The translations under genes were made by a program, and so were the position numbers. From Bdellovibrionales bacterium (GTDB taxonomy: Bacteria > Bdellovibrionota > Bdellovibrionia > Bdellovibrionales > CAYMLA01): 64,000 nt of DNA. The DNA is taken from NCBI GenBank assembly GCA_965217115.1, contig OZ244239.1, positions 1,536,001 through 1,600,000 of the forward strand. The letters run 5' to 3'. The notes beneath the pieces are model-generated. The model saw only the letters and a program-made list of their open reading frames with translations, made no database searches and was not told the DNA's origin. Positions 60,061-64,000 of this stretch are shown piece after piece; within the stretch, counting starts at the first letter, position 1, and every line of letters starts with the position of its first letter.

Positions 60061-60633
60061 ATGAGAGTGATCGGCGGTCGTTATCGAGGGCATCAATTAG
60101 TTAATTTTAAGGCTGAGCATATTCGCCCAACAACAGATCGGGTTAAAGAGACGATATTTAATATGTTAATGAATGAGATTGAGGAATCTGTTGTTCTTGA
60201 TCTTTTTGCTGGTACAGGAAATTTGGGAATTGAAGCTCTTTCAAGGGGGGCAAAGGAAGTGACCTTTGTTGAGAATAATAGTAAGTCATTAAATATTATA
60301 CAGAAAAATTTGGATAAATTAAAAATTGATCGTGGTTATCACACTGTTTCTCAAGAGGTTCAGCGGTTTCTGCAGAGATCAGATAAGTCTTTTGATATCA
60401 TTTTTGCAGATCCTCCTTTCACGAAGAAAATGGCCCATGGGGTTATGGAGAGGGTGTCTAAGAGTCGGGTTTGGAATAATAAAACTGTCGTTGTCATTGA
60501 ATCGGCATCCTCTGAGAGGATAGAAGATTCTTATGGTTCACTCTTTCGTTTTAAAAACAAGGATTTTGGTGATAAAGTACTTTCAATGTTTCGTTCTTCT
60601 AAAACTTATGATGGGAGTTTAGAATGTCTGTAG
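60061..60633 (+). CDS. rsmD: 16S rRNA m2G966 methyltransferase
   Basis: MRVIGG, IRPTTDRVKE, LDLFAGTG and FADPPF. Confidence 0.95.
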   Translation: MRVIGGRYRGHQLVNFKAEHIRPTTDRVKETIFNMLMNEIEESVVLDLFAGTGNLGIEALSRGAKEVTFVENNSKSLNIIQKNLDKLKIDRGYHTVSQEVQRFLQRSDKSFDIIFADPPFTKKMAHGVMERVSKSRVWNNKTVVVIESASSERIEDSYGSLFRFKNKDFGDKVLSMFRSSKTYDGSLECL

Positions 60634-61103
60634 TTGTCTATCCAGGGAGTTTTGATCCAATAACGATGGGACACATTGATATTATTCAAAGAATTTCCCA
60701 ACAATTCTCTGAAGTGATTGTATTGGTAGCCCATTCGGCGGAAAAAAAATATTTATTTTCATCTGATGAAAGAGTGTCTTTGGCAGAGGAATGCCTCTCT
60801 CATTTGACTAATGTAAAAATTGATATCCACGAAGGGTTGACGATAGATTATATGCAAAAGAGAGGAGCAAAGACCATTGTGCGTGGTTTGCGTGCGGTCG
60901 TTGATTTTGAATATGAATTGGCAATGGCAAATTTAAATAAAAAATTAGCCAACAACATAGAGACGTTGTTGGTTTTTGCAAGTCCAGAGTATTACTATGT
61001 TTCGTCTAAGGGTGTAAAGGAAGTCGCGACATTTGATGGAGATTTAAAAGGGTTGGTTCCCAATCATGTTATTGGCCCCTTAAAAGAGAAGTTACAAAAA
61101 TAA
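60624..61103 (+). CDS. coaD: Pantetheine-phosphate adenylyltransferase
   Basis: YPGSFDPITMGH and RGLRAVVDFEYE. Confidence 0.97.
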   Translation: MSVVVYPGSFDPITMGHIDIIQRISQQFSEVIVLVAHSAEKKYLFSSDERVSLAEECLSHLTNVKIDIHEGLTIDYMQKRGAKTIVRGLRAVVDFEYELAMANLNKKLANNIETLLVFASPEYYYVSSKGVKEVATFDGDLKGLVPNHVIGPLKEKLQK

Positions 61104-61119
61104 AAGGCGGGATACAGAT

Positions 61120-62316
61120 ATGTTATCTAAACGAGGAAAATCACTAAAACCTTCTCCGACATTGGTTTTGGCAGCAAGAGCTAAAGAACTTAAAGCAGAG
61201 GGAAAGGATGTCATCTCTCTTTCTGTGGGTGAGCCAGATTGGGATACCCCTGAAAATATAAAGAACAAGGGTGTAGATGCGATATCCATGGGTGAAACGA
61301 AGTACACTCCTGCGGCGGGAACAGTTTCTTTGAGGAGAGCGATTGCTCAGGTATTGCATAAAAATCATGGTTTACAATACTCTGCGAAGGATGAAGTGAC
61401 TGTGGCGACAGGGGCAAAGTATGTTATTTTTTCTGCCTTGCAGACGATTTTAGATGCAGGAGATGAGGTGATTATTCCTGCCCCCTACTGGGTGAGTTAC
61501 CCAGACATGGTTGAAATATCGGGTGGGAAGCCTGTTGTTGTTACCTGTGATAAGAGTTCTCGTTTTAAACTAACCATAGAAAATTTAGAGAAAAACATTA
61601 ATAGTAAAACAAAGTTGTTGATGCTGAATTCACCAAGTAATCCTACGGGCGAAGTTTATAGCGCTGAGGAATTAAATAAAATAGCTGAGGTGTTACGTCA
61701 AAAACCCCATGTTTATGTGTTGAGTGATGATATTTATGGTCGCTTGGTTTTTGGGCAAACGATAGCAGATCATCTTTTAGTGGTGGCACCAGACCTGAAA
61801 GATCGAGTTTTATTGGTCAATGGAGCTTCAAAAGCCTATTCGATGACGGGTTGGAGGATCGGTTGGGCAGCGGGCCCTAAACAGTGGATAAAGGCTATGT
61901 CGAGTTTTCAGAGTCAATCAACGGGGTGCCCTTGTTCAATATCGCAAATGGCGGCTGAGGAGGCTTTGCTTAATGGGGATGCTCATATTGAAAAAGCGGT
62001 GGAGTTGTTACGAGACCGTCGAGACTTTGCTATTGAGAGATTAAATAAGATACCAGGTTTATCGGCACAGAAACCTCAAGGTGCATTTTACATATGGCTA
62101 GAGATAAGTGATCTGTTAGGCCGTTCCTATAAAGGGAAAACCGTTAAATCTTCCCGTGATTTTTGTCAGTTGTTACTGGATGAAAAAATGGTGGTGGTGG
62201 TTCCTGGAGTGGACTTTGGACTAGAGGGGTATTTGCGTATGAGTTACGCTTTGGCTAAAGAGAGAATGGGAGAGGCTTTTGAACGTGTTGAAAATTTCGT
62301 GAATGAATTGATGTAG
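61120..62316 (+). CDS. Class I PLP-dependent (aspartate) aminotransferase
   Basis: GEPD, PYWVSY, NSPSNPTG, SDDIY and SKAYSMTGWRIG. Confidence 0.93.
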   Translation: MLSKRGKSLKPSPTLVLAARAKELKAEGKDVISLSVGEPDWDTPENIKNKGVDAISMGETKYTPAAGTVSLRRAIAQVLHKNHGLQYSAKDEVTVATGAKYVIFSALQTILDAGDEVIIPAPYWVSYPDMVEISGGKPVVVTCDKSSRFKLTIENLEKNINSKTKLLMLNSPSNPTGEVYSAEELNKIAEVLRQKPHVYVLSDDIYGRLVFGQTIADHLLVVAPDLKDRVLLVNGASKAYSMTGWRIGWAAGPKQWIKAMSSFQSQSTGCPCSISQMAAEEALLNGDAHIEKAVELLRDRRDFAIERLNKIPGLSAQKPQGAFYIWLEISDLLGRSYKGKTVKSSRDFCQLLLDEKMVVVVPGVDFGLEGYLRMSYALAKERMGEAFERVENFVNELM

Positions 62317-62431
62317 CTTCACGTTGGTCTGTATTTTTAGGAAAAACTATTTTTTTAGAGGCTAAGGAATTAAAATTAGATGAGAGGAGAGTTTTTTGTT
62401 AACGTCATTTAATGAATTCTAGGAGAAAAGA

Positions 62432-63280
62432 TTGAGTGTTTGGTCTGTTATTCAGGTTTGTATTGAGCTTATTCTTTTAGTTTCTGTTTTTATTTTGTGG
62501 GTAAGAGCATTACGTTCACCCAAAGAGGACCCCCGTTTGAGTCGTGGTTTGCAGCTTTTACAGAGTAAGATCGCTGTTTTGGAGGACTTATCAGATCGAA
62601 CGGACCAGCAGTCTGAGCAATTGATAGCATTGATTGAAAAAAAATGTATTGAGATTCAAAAGAAGATCGAGCTTGCAGAGTCTCAGGTAGAGTCTGTAAA
62701 TCTCTCTATAGAAAAAAGTCGTGAAGTGGCAAATATTTTTCAGGATAAGATTCCCCACGAAGAAATTATTAAAAGACAGAAGACAATTGAAATGGTTAAA
62801 GCAGCTCGTTTGTCTAATCAAGGTGTGAGTTTTGATGAAATATCTCAACAGGTGGATTTGCCTCAAGGGGAATTGGAATTTGTTGTGAAGGTTAATCGAG
62901 ATCAATTGATTTTTAATGAAGACCTTCTTCCCTCTTGGGCCTATGAGAAAGAATCATCTTCTTCTGATGACAAAACTCCATCTCTTGACTTCAGTCATGT
63001 TTTTGATGTGCCAGAGGGAGACAAGAATTCTCTTAAGGTGTTGGGAGATAAATTTCGTCAAGCCTGCCGTGATCAAGAGAAAGAGGATAGATTCAATGAA
63101 GAACCTGTGACTAAGAAGGTGGGAATAAAGGCTAAGGAAGCTGTCAATCAAGTGGGTCAAAAGATTGAAGAAATTGCCGATTCAATACTAAACGCTGATT
63201 TTAAGAATGAGCCCCAAGAAGAGGATGATGAAGTGTTGAAATCCACAGGAAATGATAGCAACCGCGGCTTTGGTATATAA
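62432..63280 (+). CDS. Membrane-anchored coiled-coil protein with a DUF2802-like HTH
   Basis: N-terminal TM, coiled coil and AARL..GVSFDEISQQVDLPQGELE. Confidence 0.65.
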   Translation: MSVWSVIQVCIELILLVSVFILWVRALRSPKEDPRLSRGLQLLQSKIAVLEDLSDRTDQQSEQLIALIEKKCIEIQKKIELAESQVESVNLSIEKSREVANIFQDKIPHEEIIKRQKTIEMVKAARLSNQGVSFDEISQQVDLPQGELEFVVKVNRDQLIFNEDLLPSWAYEKESSSSDDKTPSLDFSHVFDVPEGDKNSLKVLGDKFRQACRDQEKEDRFNEEPVTKKVGIKAKEAVNQVGQKIEEIADSILNADFKNEPQEEDDEVLKSTGNDSNRGFGI

Positions 63281-63357
63281 TCTATTTTTTTTAGTGAAAG
63301 CAGGGGCTATTAACCGTTTAGGCGATTCGCACGTCAGTAAAGTATTTTAGATTTAAT

Positions 63358-63858
63358 TCAGCGGACACTTTTTGTCAGAAAATTTGTTATATAGTGGTGG
63401 ACGAGTTTTTCAATCTTAACTTCTAGGCCTTTGTAGTTCCATGTAATAGCGTTAAAGGCCCCCCAGGATGCTTCAAAAATATTCTCAGAGGCTTCCTTAT
63501 TCTCTTGTTTTTCTGAGTTGTTAGCTAGAGGAACCGATTTGTTATCGGTGAATTGGAATTTTACGGCAATTTTACCAGGCTCTCTAAGACTAAAGATTAA
63601 TCTATAGCCATTGCGAAAAATCATGAAATCACATTCAGTGCCAGAGATATCGTAAATTTTTAGTTGTCCTACCGAAGAGTTCTTAAGTTCGTTAAATGCT
63701 GTGAGAACGTCGATAATTTCCATTTTTATTTCAGTGAGAAAATTAACTGACTCTTCCCGGAGAATTTGTTCTCTATCGATGCTTGTACTGATGAGCCCCG
63801 ATTCTTCTAAAAGAGCTTCATCATCCACTAATCCTTGAATCCAAGAGAATTTTTCCAT
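63358..63858 (-). CDS. Hypothetical protein
   Basis: AGGAGG SD; 166-aa ORF; possible sigma-28 site upstream (63925-63951). Confidence 0.75.
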   Translation of the reverse strand: MEKFSWIQGLVDDEALLEESGLISTSIDREQILREESVNFLTEIKMEIIDVLTAFNELKNSSVGQLKIYDISGTECDFMIFRNGYRLIFSLREPGKIAVKFQFTDNKSVPLANNSEKQENKEASENIFEASWGAFNAITWNYKGLEVKIEKLVHHYITNFLTKSVR

Positions 63859-64000
63859 AAAACACCCCTCCTTTAGTCTTGAATTCTAATCATTAAGTCT
63901 ATGATACGATAAGTCAAGTATCTGTTATCGAAGTGGTTGATTAGAGTTTAAAGCCGAGGAAGGTTTTAAACCCTCCATGGGCTTTATCAGTGAGGCCGTA

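Noticed and set aside
997..63160. Many 60-170 aa ORFs antisense to or nested in well-supported genes
   Set aside because: Shadow ORFs with no motifs or ribosome-binding sites

Overview
Bdellovibrionota-like chromosomal window (taxon inferred from gene content and order). Left core, 1-22.25 kb: menaquinone cluster menD(3' part)-H-B-A-C-E with a thioesterase, a polyprenyl synthase, a second MenA-like protein and rsmJ; a secreted Zn-phospholipase C-like gene; maiA and an FAH-family gene; rapA; tRNA-Ser(GGA); pilin-like, PilZ and tadA genes; rpsU-yqeY-dnaG-rpoD and a tRNA(CAT). Right core, 60-64 kb: rsmD-coaD-aminotransferase-DUF2802-like gene. Between them lies a ~38 kb accessory region starting at the tRNA(CAT). 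It is dominated by small secreted proteins and proteases and also carries an IS3, gene remnants, candidate defence genes (HEPN-like, P-loop ATPase), a secreted protein-arginine deiminase, an ABC-F gene with a uORF leader and a RAPP-leader metal uptake operon. The most unusual signal is non-coding. (i) About a dozen copies or fragments of a ~200-bp two-hairpin element with a sharp AATAAACCATT end, mostly co-oriented just 3' of unrelated genes. (ii) A ~130-150-bp leader with covarying palindromes upstream of six secreted-protein genes from three unrelated families. (iii) A four-copy secreted-protein family with a variable core whose terminators carry IS3 ends. Together these suggest cassette-like assembly of a variable secretome; this is inference, and no intact recombinase lies in the window.
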